Source: Enoplolaimus lenunculus
Lineage: Eukaryota
Direction: 5' to 3'
DNA: 64,000 bases
NCBI GenBank assembly: GCA_030248215.1
Contig: JASANG010001649.1
Coordinates: forward strand, 310,001-374,000
Within the stretch, counting starts at the first letter, position 1, and every line of letters begins with the position of its first letter. Below are positions 25,140-38,833 of the stretch, in pieces. Below the pieces are notes generated by a model. The model was not told the origin of the DNA. It worked only from the letters and a program-made list of their open reading frames with translations, and made no database searches. A program made the translations under genes and the position numbers.

Positions 25140-25983
25140 CTGTCAAAATACAATTACCACTATTAAGAGAATGTTTTCCGCTATTAACTATACCGTCCCT
25201 GTCATTAATACGCTCCGCCACCAAGTCGCTCCCTCCACTACGAAATCGACCCCTTGTTACGGACGGAACTATGGATGAATTACTCGTAGAACCGGGCCCA
25301 GTTACATTTTTATCCTCAAAACATTTATCAGCTTTAAATCGAACGTGAAGTTCACGTCCTGGAGACGCTCCAGTAGCGGTTGCGAGTCCGTTTGGCATAC
25401 TTCGTTGCATAATTGCTGATCGGCTGTTGCGATTAATGTCATAGCTAATAGCGTTATCGTCAACAGGTAGTGATTTTAGGGTTAAACATTTTCGTTGGAG
25501 CGCACCATGACGGGAGCCAGGTTTCCGACCGCGTGAATGAGATCGTGAACGATAACTCGTACTAGTGGCGGATTTTGGTTGAATGCAACCGGTTATAGCG
25601 CTACCCTCAGGCTTAGACGGCTGAGTAGGCACAGGAAGAGCATGCAGTGTAGTACTGGAGTAAATTCGATGATCGCCAGCATTTGGAATTAAGCCGGCAG
25701 GGCCGGGACCTGCCACTAGCGGAGGCCGAAGCCTCACCAAGGACAGGTTTGCCTGATCAGGGGTGCAGGCTCGGATAGGAAGCATGGGAGTTCTAGGTGG
25801 AGCAATTGGAAAATTTGCTAGACACGGAGTCGAAGGGTACATAGCGTTTAACGTTGGGATTCCATAACTACGAGGAGGAAGCAATGTTCTTGAAGGGGAC
25901 GCGTAGATAACTCCAGGATGTGGGACATGGGCAACCGAAGATACAGGTGGCCCCGCCGCAAGGGGTGAACCACAGAACCACAT
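24794..25983 (-). CDS. SHANK: SHANK alternative first coding exon (ankyrin-less isoform)
   Basis: The frame stays open for 281 codons upstream of the internal acceptor. ATG is in AAAAATG context, with an in-frame TAA at 25990-25992. Confidence 0.7.
24880..25056 (-). repeat. Coding CAA/CAG repeat (polyglutamine)
   Basis: About 55 Gln in 59 codons, interrupted by E, E, H and P. Confidence 0.95.
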
Positions 25984-26721
25984 TTTTGGTTAGATGTTTC
26001 GATTTGAAATTGCGTTTACGTCGAGCAAAATCTGTCGCAAGTTCACATTATTACTTTGGCACAAGTAAGATTTAAGTAGTGAATGTCTAGTCTTATATAT
26101 TTACATATTAAAGAATCACATAGCTAGATGTGATTTTGCCAATCAAACACCTATAAAGTATCGCTTATAAGTAAAATACTTCAGAAAACTGTTCTGATTT
26201 GTGAACAACACTATAAATTAGAATAGTACAAAACCGAGGAATATCCATGGAATTGCGGAAAAAGTATAAGCGTTTTTTAAAGAACAACTCCTTCCTTATA
26301 TTGGCAACAAAATGTGCATGTGGCTTAAAATGCTATCGATTAGACAAACTTAAACACAACCAACAGGAAGCAGGTATTAGTTCCGCTACTACGGTCTTGT
26401 TGTTTTTAAAAGTTATTAAAGTAAAGCAATTGCAAAACGTCGCAACTTGTAACGAAATAGAAAATGATGAAAATAGTTCATTACTGTAAGCAGAATGATT
26501 GCAGAGTTACGGTTCACTACTGCCCAAGAATGCAAAAAAATTACTAACTAATAATAGCTAATTTTAGTGATTATTGCAAAGCTAATCTGATTTGTTGCTA
26601 AGCACCATAAGAATTCAACAGTTTTTACAATTTGCTAACGGAATTTGCTCAATATCAAACAACCTCTGGTACTTAATTTATAATTAGTCCAGTATGGTTG
26701 TATGGCCATGTGGGTACAATA

Positions 26722-26887
26722 CAGGCCTGCAGCCAGCTCACCTTGCTAGGGGAGCTGAAAAATTTTCACTAGGGACACCCAAGCGTTTTCGACGACTTAC
26801 AAGCAAGGTTGAAAAATTTCTAGGGGCCCGGAGCCAAAATTTTTCCAGGGGGTGAGCCCCCCTGGTCAACCTCTGGCTACGGGCTCG
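26722..26887. mobile_element. hAT-like MITE, family B
   Basis: CAGGCCTGCAGCCAG...CTGGCTACGGGCTCG, resembling the reverse complement of 10881-11014. Confidence 0.75.
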
Positions 26888-27656
26888 TGTGAGTAGTAAA
26901 TGCTTATTGCCTGTTAGTGACACGTTTCCAAAGTAGTAAATTGCGGCAGCTACTTATTTTAAATTGTGCACACGAGTAGAGCGAATCAAACGCAAAAAAA
27001 TGTGCCAATTTTGAACGCTCACGACTTGTTTATACTAAATTTTACGAGACCTCTCTTTAAACTCAGAATCTGACAAACATCAGTTATTCAATTGTTATTG
27101 GAGGGGCCTTAGAACCACGGTGCCCTCCTAGTGTTCCTGAGAACACCACTACATAACCAAGCATTATCGTTCGTACCTGCAGGCGCATGACTTATATGCT
27201 GTGATTGCACGAAACGCTTTTCACTTATCAAAACGTACATATACATGCATGCATAATTCCATACATAAAAACGAACATAAAATTGCAATGTACCACAAAA
27301 CTGCAGTACAATATGCGTGTGTCCTTGAAGCCTTGCACATACCGCTGCAATATTTATTTTGCGCATATTCTCAAAACCTCAAGAGAGCAATACAGCAATA
27401 TACTCGAAAAATAAATCTCGCTTTGAAAATTTAGACATTTTTATTGAAAATTTTCCGGCTATGAAATATGAAAAAATATTGAATCTTTCAAAAAAGTAAC
27501 CTATTTCATCCAAAACAGCTGAACTAGTTTTCGTTTCTCTCAAAGCAATACTGCATTGTTTCTTCAGCAGCTGGTTGATCTATTAGCCACAAACGGTCAT
27601 GATTGTGTTGAATTCGAACGCAGAAAAAACTACTAAACTCAGACTGGGCCGGGAAG

Positions 27657-27969
27657 CAGGGTGGCACGACATCTACGATTTGACTGAATCCGAATCCGCT
27701 GCTAATTTTCCGAATGCGAATTTGAATCTTGCATGTTGCAAATTTAAGTTAATCTATAATTTGTTTCAGAATATCAACGCAATGCCAACCGCACAAGTAT
27801 ATTTCGTGCCTGATCTCAGTTTACAGATTTGTGATCTGAAACGAAAAATTTTGATTCATACAAGAAGTTATTTTAAATTTGTATTGCTTAATACTGAAAA
27901 ACATATTGTCGAACATTGTTAATCCGAACCGCTAATTTTTGCACAATCCAATCCTTTGTTGCCACCCTG
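27657..27969. mobile_element. hAT-like MITE
   Basis: TIRs CAGGGTGGCA and TGCCACCCTG, perfect 8 bp TSD CCGGGAAG. Confidence 0.88.
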
Positions 27970-30144
27970 CCGGGAAGTAGACGTGACATTTGTTCTGGTC
28001 TACCTCAGAGTTTATTCAATTTCAGATGAGTGATGGAACCCTTTGTGCAACAGCTAAAAAAGTTCTGGTTCTGAAATACTATTTTTGCTACATGCATTGA
28101 TCGACAATATACAGAAACTAAGAACAAATTGAGATATATATACGGCAACCGTTACGTTATCGTTTTACAGTTCCGTACAGCGGAACACAACATGTAGAAA
28201 GCGTAACAGTTTCACATCGCCCAACAACTTTCAATTTTTGAACTTAACACCCACACGTCAAAGTTATAACCACAAAAAATAAAGACTTCAAAAAACGACA
28301 TTATTTACCCTTTTACCTATCACGGCCATTTTTCTAAAACTTCGTCTTATGCCCGCCCACGTTTGAATTTATTCAATTTGACGAAACTAAAACTCGCGAG
28401 TCTTTCCTTTTTTTTCAAGGGACACAGCACAAAGATGTTTGTTTACGCTTCAAAAACAAAAAAGTACATTTTAGCCGTGTAATGAAAATGAAACCTCAAG
28501 GTTAATTTTGGGTCACTCAGCACACTAAAATTTACTAAACTTTACTTAACTTGAATTTGAGATAAATGTAATTTAAGATAATTTAATTTTATGAAAAATT
28601 CAAAAATTTTAACAAAATATCCTGTTTAAAGTAATATATAGTTTATGGCATTAAGCTGTGGTACAGAAGATGGTTTAAAAACTTTAACTTCCGGTATAAA
28701 ATCACCAAAAGATATGATTGTCTCACAAATAAACAGAAAATATCTCCTGTACCAATAATTTTGAGTTCAACAACTGCAATAGTTAGTGTGAGAGATCGAA
28801 AAACTATTACTAACTGATGAAAGTTTCTATACACATTTGAGAATACGGGCCCTAAATCTATACTTTACCTTTTCACTCAAAAAGAGTTAACATATTACTA
28901 CCAGTCACCTTATGCCTAAATATAAACAAATTTCTAAACCTAACCTATAGTAATACCTAAAAAGAACACCCTAATGCAAAATTTCCACTACCTGGTACTA
29001 TACCTAATTATAAACTTGAACTAGACGAAAAAATGAACAGACTGGCAATAAAATTACCAAAAAATTGCTCCGTTGCCAAACACGCATTTTATATTAGAAA
29101 CAATATGTTTCGATTTTAAGACAAAATATTTTTTCAGAATCAGCGACACATATTTCAAAATGAATTTTATAAAAACGATAATTTCAAGAACATTTTAATT
29201 GAACTTCATCCAAGTGGTTAAAGAACAGAATCAAATTCTTTTGCCGAATTCTTCTTACAAAAATAAGGCTTTTCACGCAAAAACGGCAACAAATTTTTTG
29301 TTCAAAAATCCGTTTTTATACTCAAAAATGTCAACTGTACAGTAATAACTTTTTGTAATTTCTAAAGAGGTTCAAATTTAGAAGAGTAAATATTTCAAGA
29401 GATCGTTTTGAGCCCTAATGAATCCAAAAGGAACAGGAGGGGGGGGGCGCCGGCGCCGCATCTTCATATGTCCTCACCGCCGCACCTTTGGGTAACCATT
29501 TTTTTCACGGCAATAAAACAATGTTAGGAAAATTTTACTTGCCCTGTCTATAAGTGTTCTTTTCCGTCAACTAATAATTCCTGGTTGAGGGGGGGTTGTA
29601 TTTTGAGAGCCGGAGTTGGCATCCTGTGTGTCGGTGAATGAACAAAAATGTAAATATTAATGTTTACGTATATACGTAATGTTTAAATAGACGTAAAATG
29701 AGCAGAAGTTGTTATAATTTTTACTATATTTGACGAAATGTTGCGGGCTTTCAACCGAAGTGCTTTTGATTAACTATTATGTAAAATATTTATTGCGATA
29801 TATATTCATGCATCAAAGACAAGTATTGGCATCAGTCAGTCGCACGGTGTCACGACAATTCGTCACTCGACAGCTTGTAATCTGAAATTTCATCGACTCG
29901 ATAATGCGGTCACCATCATTATTCTTAGCTTTAGCCTTTGAATTTCGCTTAGGATTATGCTTAAATTTGTTCATTGGTTTTAGGACACTGTTGGGCAGCA
30001 AGTTGTAATGCGACGAATTGTAGTGTAAGCATGTGAGACATGCTTGTCCTAGTGCATATGCAATGCAATACACATTGTGTTGTAAGCTTGCTGGCAGCAT
30101 ACGGTCGACACATATAGTCGACGAAAAATGGAGTTGGAGAGGCG

Positions 30145-30220
30145 GGCTGCGTGACGCAGTGGCAGGGGGTTCGCTTAAGGATCCGTAGGCGGAGAGTTCG
30201 ATCCCCGCTCTTGAGGCCCG
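30145..30220 (+). pseudogene. Degenerate tRNA-derived sequence (pseudogene or SINE head)
   Basis: A-box-like TGACGCAGTGG and B-box-like GTTCGATCCCC at tRNA spacing. Stems are poorly paired. Confidence 0.5.
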
Positions 30221-32637
30221 CTTTTCCAGCTGCTTAGTTGAAAGGTCTGAAGTCCCGGTTCCTAGCGTTCAAAATTTTATATAACAATCCGTATTTCTCG
30301 ACTATACAACCAGTAAGACTGTCAAGATGCGCTAAGTCCACAGCGCGGTGTCACAACAGACAATTCGTCTCCCGACAACCCCTTGACCATCGACATGTTG
30401 TAATCCGAAATCTCGTCGAATCGGCAACTTGTCGCCAGTTGTTATGCTAAGGCTTATTATTAGGTTTACGACTTTGTCGGACAAATGCGTCAAGTTATCT
30501 GGCAATAAATTACCGTAGATGCCCCCCAGTTTAAAATGAAGCTTTAACAACAAACAACAAACTATTTTCAGTTATTATCGCCATCGGAAGCTAAAATGTA
30601 TGTTTACGGTAACAAAAACAAAAATCGTGATAATCGCTTTATAATCAAACTGTACTACTTCAAATTACAGAAAACATCAAATATCTCCAAATATTTCAAC
30701 TTTCAGTTATTTAACGCAACAAGTATTTAAAACTCTCGGAGCCCTCTCGCCCATCCGAAATTCAAATGTCCAGATGCGCGTCGCTGTCCTAAATTCAGTT
30801 GCCCGGCAAATTTTGCAAGAACGTGAGAAACATCTCCAGGATCTTGATGATTAACTTTTAATTTCACTGATGTATTGCGATAGATTTTCACAAGCGCTTC
30901 AGCTCTAAAAAGAAAACTAAACGTATTAAACTAATTTTAGTAAACACACAACTGCTAAAATGTCCTATTTCCCATCGTTGTCAACTACTAGTGTCTTGTG
31001 AAAAAATTAGCGCTTGTAAACCATAGAATTTAACGTTGCGCAAATTTAGTAGTAAATCGTCAATTTTTTCAGAGCACCACAATCAGGAGTTGAAGAGCTC
31101 AGGAAGATTTTCGCAGAGGTCAAGAAAAAATTCTTTACATAGCACTCTTTTAATGCTATCGATAACTTTTTTAACCAGAGGGAACGAAATATTTACAGGA
31201 GGGGATGCGGTAATTCCACTTTGTAGTTATCGCCTTCAAGGAATGGTCTGTCGGAAGGGCAGGTATATTTACATGGAGTTCACGAAAAAATTTCTCTGTA
31301 CATAGAACTATTTTAATGCTATCGCTAAATTTTTCAACCAGAGGGAACGAAGATTTTTACAGGAGGGCGGTACTGTATTCCCCCTTCTAGTTGTCGCCCT
31401 GTTTCTGTCTTAAAATGAAAATTTTATATTAAAATTTCAAAAATTAAATAAAGTCGTCGAGAAAACAGATTTAAAATGGAAAATGTGTATTGTTAACGCA
31501 CAAAGCCAAAAAAACTTATTGCAAAATGTTGCTAAACACAAAACAGTAAGTTGCCAAAAGCGCAGTAAAACACAACAATAAGAGCAATAGAATCTAGCTG
31601 CTCAATCGTATTTTTCCCATTTCACGAGAAATGTACTATATACGGCCAATAGTTAGACACAAATTGGCTAATTGAGTGAAATTGCAAATTAAGGAAAAAT
31701 TATAACAAATGATTCTAACTGAATTACGCAATGTCTACTAACAACTGCCCCTACAGGTATGTCATGGGGATGGGTGTGAATTACAACTGACATAAACTCC
31801 ACCACGTCAGGAAGTTGGCGCGGTGGCGGACATTCCCACTCGGGAATACCCGGTGAGGATCCTCACGAAAATTATCCGCGGGGTGCGGTGGACTGGGATT
31901 GAAAATTTTTACTTCATGACATCCATGTCTGTACATAAAGAAGTGTTACTCGGGGGGGCAAGAGGTTTTCAGTGAAAACAAAACGTTTTCCAATAGGGGA
32001 CAAACAAATGTTTCCCAAATAAAGCAGATATATAATAGTTTCAATTATAGTGAAAAAATTTCTGGCTACAAGGACGAAATACACCCGCCCGCTACTAAAA
32101 GTTACAAAGTGTCAGAAGATGTCTGTGGGGAGCGATTCTCTAATACTTGCGGCACTGATTAAAGACGCTGAGCCAAACGATTTCTGACGTTCGGCGGGCT
32201 GGCAAATGTTATGAAACGCAAAATTTGTAAGGTAGAAATTTCCACGCATTGCAATCGTAAATCATTCGAATATTTATTGGCAATCCTTGTTTTAGCTGAA
32301 ATATTTCGCCATTAAAGAAAGAATAAAATTAGCCATTTATCAGTTTGAACACTTATAAATATTAAATTCAATTTCTTCGCACCCAAAAACATTTTAGTGC
32401 TGAAATAAGAACGCTTGTAACGCTAACAATTAGTGAGAAAATGTAAAAAGACCTCATGCCTGCAGCTTGGAAACGGTTTAGAACTTTTAAAACCCAAACG
32501 CGAGGTTAACACTACAGAATAATAATCTTTCAAACAAAAAAGTTTATCAGAATCGGTTCAGCAGTTGAGGAAGTTCTCGTCGGACGAACAGACGGACTGA
32601 ATTTCACGTTCCGGCCATCGAGCACAAAATATAACAC

Positions 32638-32832
32638 GCTTTGCGGGACTCCGAGTTTTGCTCGGCTTCGATCAAAGCTTTGCGGGACTCCGAGTTTTGC
32701 TCGGCTTCGATCAAAGCTTTGCGGGACTCCGAGTTTTGCTCGGCTTCGATCAAAGCTTTGCGGGACTCCGAGTTTTGCTCGGCTTCGATCAAAGCTTTGC
32801 GGGACTCCGAGTTTTGCTCGGCTTCCATCAAA
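32638..32832. repeat. Minisatellite, 39 bp x5
   Basis: GCTTTGCGGGACTCCGAGTTTTGCTCGGCTTCGATCAAA repeated head to tail with no spacers, and one substitution in the last unit. Confidence 0.95.
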
Positions 32833-34475
32833 AACTTTGGCATAAAGCCCTAACGGAGTAGGATCATTCGAGGGAACGTGGGTGCGTTTAAGAACTACAA
32901 TCACAAGAGATACGTAAGTTATTGGCCTACTTAAGATTGGTACAATGACAAAATATAACTTTTTGCGTTCTCACAAATTACTTGTTCGCACCACGTACAA
33001 CTGTGCTAAACATGCGAACTTGGCTTCTATCACACTCTCAGCTGGAGATAACGGCTGATGCGAACAATTAAAGTTTAAATATCGAACATTAACCTTCGTA
33101 AATTGTTTTTGATTGAAATATCATTTTCTTTATTTGAAATTTCGATTGCAATTGCTAGATGAATAAGGCGCTGTGTAGAACTCGTGCAAAAATACGGTCA
33201 AGTGTAGCGCAAAATACTTAACAAAATTTTGATGTATAAAACAAGAAATTAAGTACGCAATATATGCTAATTTTAGTCACTAGTAGATCCAGAGGATTGG
33301 GACGCCCCGTTTAAACTTTTTGGTGATAAAATCGTAAGGGTCCTCGCTACCTTACAATTGGTCCCTCTCAGAATATTGACACATATATATAGTGTATAGC
33401 AAAATTGCGTTTCATAACTTTTGCTAGCCAGCTGATCCGGAGCAGCCACCATCCATACGCTCATTTGGAGGACCCCATTCCTAAAAAGGCCTCCACCATA
33501 ACCGGTTGAAACAAAAACCGCCGAAGTTTTAAAATGTGTCTAGCTTCTCGCTCGGGGCACCGCCTTGTAAAACTTAAATCTTTGCCCCCCACGGCGATAA
33601 ATTATCTAATATATTAATATATATAATTCTAATAATTCTACGTAACAAAATTAGAAATATTGCTGTCATGTAAATCTGAAATCCTCGCGCCCCCATAATC
33701 TTACAATTTCGAGCAGCGCTGTGGGACTGTCTACAACGCACATCATATATTTCCAATGCGAATGCTAGAAGTTTTTCATAAAGCCTAAATTTTTGTAGGA
33801 AATTAGCCCGCTGTCTTGCTTCATTGTGTCCGAACCTGAGCCACTCAGGCAGTATTGACGCTTTAGACTTGAACATAGATTCAAGTTTAGGCGTATAGAT
33901 TTAAGTTTATGTACGATCTTAGGATTATGCTCACACCTAGACCTGTAAAATGAGCCACGCTTCTTGATTCATTTTCAACCACGTCTGTTAGTCTCTATCA
34001 TTTACCTTAGTCAATACAAGAGAAATCAGTGTTTAACTATCTCTATTTTCGGTTTAACTAGCGTGAAAAACCACTCAAATTATTATTTTAGTCGAATCAC
34101 TCCTTGAACCTGGAACAAATCAAAGCGTTTGTGGCAATTTAAAAATATTAAAATTTAAAGTATGCACAAATTGAAAAAATTGTTTTTTTGCATCTTCGAG
34201 AAACATAATGTGTTATACTTAACACAGCACTTGACTTTATAGTGAAAGCAAGGATTTTCGCCAATTATTAATAATATTTTATTGTTTCGATGAGACAACT
34301 TTCTCAAACTTCTCTCAATTTTTTCGACTGATGAATCTCGTCGTTTCCGATCGCAAGTTTGTCCCTCAGCTGTTCAAAGGACAATAAAGTCTTAAAATCA
34401 ATGGGAAAACTGAACGAAAAATGAAAAATATAACAAATTTCCTATTTTTGAAAGAATGAAAAACATAAATGGCCC

Positions 34476-34517
34476 TGTTGTTGTTGTTGTTGTTGTTGTT
34501 GTTGCTGTTGTTGTTTT
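34476..34517. repeat. (GTT)n microsatellite, intronic
   Basis: About 13 GTT units with one GCT interruption. Confidence 0.9.
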
Positions 34518-35376
34518 GTGGAGACAATGAGAATGTGTCAAGTAGCATATATAAGTGAGCTAAAATAGACAATTTCAATATGGACTGCTCAAAACATGAA
34601 TGGCACGTCTTGGTACGGCAAAACTTTTCAAATGGCCGCCAATACAAATGAACCGTTTTTTTGGATCGACTACAAAATACAATTTTTCCAAGAAATTTAG
34701 TTGCTGTACTGCGAGCTTAACAAAAGAAATTTAGAAATACAGTTTATGTCGAACAAGGAGGTAGCCAGAATTTCAGTTTTGTAGAGTACAGGTTTATGCA
34801 GAACAAAATTGTTAACTTCTGTGAACCAGAAGGCTATTCTAAAGCCTGTCTTAAACATGTTTTTTGCCAGTTCAAATATTTTAGCGAGGGAATATATAGG
34901 TTTGGAATGTACTACAATTTAGTCACCCGACACTTGGCGTCCAGTAGTGACCTAAAGCCTATAAATTAAATCTACGCATAACCCTAACCGTAATCTTAAG
35001 CCTAAGCATAGGCATAATGAAGGGCGACAATTTGTCGAATCGATGAAATTTTGGATTACAAGCGGACAGGCGACGAGTTGTCGAGCGACGAATTGTTGTG
35101 ATATCATCCGCTCTATCCCTCTACTTTATATACGCTCCTGGTGTCGAACTTAAAACAGACACCACAAAGTTTGTTTTTATTTTACCTTTATTTTCAAGCT
35201 AGCACTTACGAAATAAACTATTTACTGGTAGCATTGCGTCCGTTTTTAGTCAAAACCTTATTCAAGCCCGCATCGAGCCCAAAATGTTACATACGCTCTT
35301 TCAAAACATTTTTGGGTTTCAAGCAAGACTTGTCGGAAAGGTTAACACTGCTGTTGTCCCGCTCTGGATCCCATTT

Positions 35377-35466
35377 TGACCCTATTATATGTTATGCATG
35401 AATACATGACCCTATTATATGTTATGCATGAATACATGACCCTATTATATGTTATGCATGAATACA
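35377..35466. repeat. Minisatellite, 30 bp x3
   Basis: TGACCCTATTATATGTTATGCATGAATACA repeated exactly three times. Confidence 0.95.
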
Positions 35467-38400
35467 TATTTTGTACGTTTAACCTTAATTTTTTAATAGT
35501 TACATCAATATCAACACATCTTGTATCATAATTAGTAAAAATTTACACAATTTTTTCCATTTTCTCTTAATTTCGTTTCCCGTCCTTAAATCTATATCCT
35601 TTTAACTTCAACTTTCATTGCCACACACGTAATGCATATAATCGTTCTTTGTAGTTTGCGTCATTTCCACACTCTCTCTCGAAATGCCCAACATTCTCAC
35701 GCAACGTTATCGGATTCGTTTCACCATTCGTCTCGCTTCATCTACCCTTTGCTTTTAGCTTTATAGTCACTCACCAAATACCTTGCCTCAACCTCTGCAC
35801 TGTTTTCAAATATATCCCTACTACATACGCTGAATAGCACACACACACCAATGGCTACTCAAATTCGTTGCTCTTGGTCAGTTTTCACCTACCCTCTGTC
35901 CCGAACTGTGTCCTCTCAACATACGAGACTCTCGTTTATTGTGCTATACAAGGAAAATTTAAAATCTATATATGTAATACATACATACATATTTACAACT
36001 AACAACTCGCGTCGGTTTTGTGTGTTGTATATATAATCAGTAGTTTCCTTTAGTGGTAGTTTTCAAATTCCGTACCCCGCCGTCGTTGCCGCATTTTCGT
36101 CACCGCAACGGAGGGAGAGTGACAAAGGTGAAAATGTGATTGTAAAAACGCGACAGACAAAGTTATATGTTTGGAGTGAGGATGGTTTATTAAGCTATTG
36201 ATACTCCCACGATGGTTATAAAGGCTGGTTAACTATCGAATCAAGAGGGGGCGAAGGTCCCTACCTTACAATTCCCCCCTCAGAAAATTTTCAGATATAT
36301 AGCATACAGTAAAAATTGTATTAATACTTTTGCCAGCCCACCCCCCGGTCAGAAATTTCTCAATCCGCCGTAGTGCGGGTTGGGTTCAACTTCGTGTCTC
36401 TGGATGTATTAAAAGAGTTCCTTTGTTTCCAAATTCATGCTCCGTAGCAGCATTTTCATCGCCATAAGAGGCACAGACATGAAGATGTGATTGCAAAAAC
36501 GGTAAGGATCTAAGGTTATAAGTTTAGGGTGGGCGCTAGGATGGAATTGATATTCGGAGGACGTTTATTCGGAATGGGTTCAATCTCGTGTCTGGGCTCT
36601 CCTGAAGCCGGTTTATTAGCTATGTGAAAATGTTTGAATATTTGTTGAATATTTGTTTGAATATTTTTCAATTAATATATACATATATGATTGCAGTAAT
36701 ACTTAAGCTGCGAGCAGGAACAAAAGCAAGTACAATAGAATGGCATATTTTGTGAATGAATTGTATTTTCTAGCCTACAAATTTAACATTCCTCACTAAG
36801 TAGGTGAGTGACAAAGGTGAAAATATGATTGTACAGTAGGAAAATAAGGTTATAAATAGAGATGGATGGTATGTAAAAAGGACGGTTTGGTTCAACTTTA
36901 TTTCTGAGCGGATTTAAATAGAATCGGTAAACGAGAGTGACCGTACGGTGTCGTTGCAGACTAGGGTGTCCCCGCAAAATTATGGAGTGAAGGTTCTTGC
37001 GACGATCAAAACATTTTTAAATTTTTTGTTTAAAATCTTGTTGGGTGGGGGCCTATCTTTGGGGTGGGTCACCTCAAATAAGGGGTATGGTGGATTGGGG
37101 GTGAAACAATTAAGATTTGAATGGAAGTAGAAGGCTGATTCTATCCAAAGGCTAATAATGGTATTATCTACAGAAGCGCATGCACGGAGGCCCTCATAAT
37201 TTTCATATGTTTCTTATGTTTCAAAATTGTCAAAAATTTGTTGTGAGCCTCTCAACATTACCATTTCTTCACCGAAAATTAAAACTACTATTCCTTTTAA
37301 AAACAGACACATTAGGTTGCACCTTAAGCTTACAACCTAACACCAAGGATCTCAAATGTGTGCATCACCTATCACCAGTTAGCGATAGGTTTTCAAACTG
37401 ACGAACATCTGCAATTGCAGATCTCAAAATTGGCACAGACGTAAGGCAATTCAAACGCGTACAATGTGCTGAATTTTGAACCTCGCCATGCGCTGGTTCC
37501 AAGGTTACATGGCCTATCACCAACAGGTTGTCGGTGCTACACAAATTTAAGAACACGGCTTGGATTATAGTTCCAACACGTTATCTTTGTAAACTCATTC
37601 GATTTGCTCAAGGGGTTTTAGGTTATATACAATAAGAATACACCGCAGAAAGTAGCCAATCCACAAGCCTTGCCACTTTGTTACTCTTAACAAAAAAGGC
37701 CAATGTATAGAACAGGACTGTAACAGTAGTATAAACATATTCTTAAGCCTAAGCCACACTAGGCGTGTGAATGACAATTAGAAGAATACACCGCAGAAAG
37801 TAGCCAAGCCACAGACCTTGAAGGCCAATGTATAGAACAGGACAGTAAAGTAAAAAAATTAGACTTTAGATTAAGCTTCCTCTATTGAGGTTCCACAGAA
37901 AAGCATTCCGCCTCTAATCTTTGCATCGACCAGAAGAAAATAAGCAAAAAAAAAACAATTATATACAAGCTGTAATGCGCCATTGGCGTTTCAACGACGA
38001 GCTTCGCACTCAACGTTTTCAGCAAAAACTAGAGATTAGTTTAAAAATTTCACAAATTTAACAACAAACACTGTTACCACGAACTCATGAAACTCGTGTT
38101 TTCGCTGCTATACGTTTCACAACATCGCGCTAAAGATAAGTAAAAATGAACACACAACATTATCCTCAAAATCAATATTGACTTTAAACGTAATTTTTCA
38201 CAGTATTTTATTTGATCGGGATGTTTTTGGCATCGTACGCTGAGCGTCTACGGTGTTCTAAGCATTTATTTTTGCTACTTTTGGCAGTATCACCGCGTTG
38301 CTTTTGATAAAAACAGAAAAATGTCATATCGCAGCCAATGCCACGGGCGAGTCTATGGCGGCCACCTAGATCAACACGGATGAAAACGGAAATTTTGAGG

Positions 38401-38655
38401 TTTAGCTGTAAAATTGCGTTTGACTTGTCTCTCGTTTGGCCCGCGAGTTTTTTTTCCATTAGTATAACTTGTGGACACCGCTTCCAGGTATTTCTGTATC
38501 CCCCACTTATATCTCAATATGTGACCGGAGATCACAAAGGATTCAGAATTTTTCTTGAAATGAATTCAGATATTATCGCGGAACAACTACAAAATCCGAA
38601 AAAACTTTCATTAAACCTGCTTAACGGCTTCGGTCCAGAACCGAGTTGGCTGGTC

Positions 38656-38833
38656 CGGGTCCGTAGCCAACGGGGGAAAGCAACGGAGGCTTAGCCACCC
38701 TGGAAAAATTTTGCACCCCAAGAACATTTTCAACCCCGCTTGTGAAAGTGATTGAAACCCCTTGTATCTCCCTCCTGAAAATTTTTAGCCTCCCCCACCC
38801 ACCCACCAACAAGGCAACCTGGCTACGGGTCAG
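38656..38833. mobile_element. hAT-like MITE, family B
   Basis: Termini CGGGTCCGTAGCCA and TGGCTACGGGTCAG, TSD GGCTGGTC/GGCTGGTT (7/8). Confidence 0.8.

Noticed and set aside
24759..25166. Poly-Leu, poly-Val/Ala and poly-Asn/Ser ORFs
   Set aside because: These are alternative frames and the antisense strand of the polyQ repeat.
32638..32832. CRISPR-like array (also considered for 35377-35466 and 63811-64000)
   Set aside because: Units are head to tail with no unique spacers, there are no cas genes, and the context is eukaryotic intronic or intergenic DNA.
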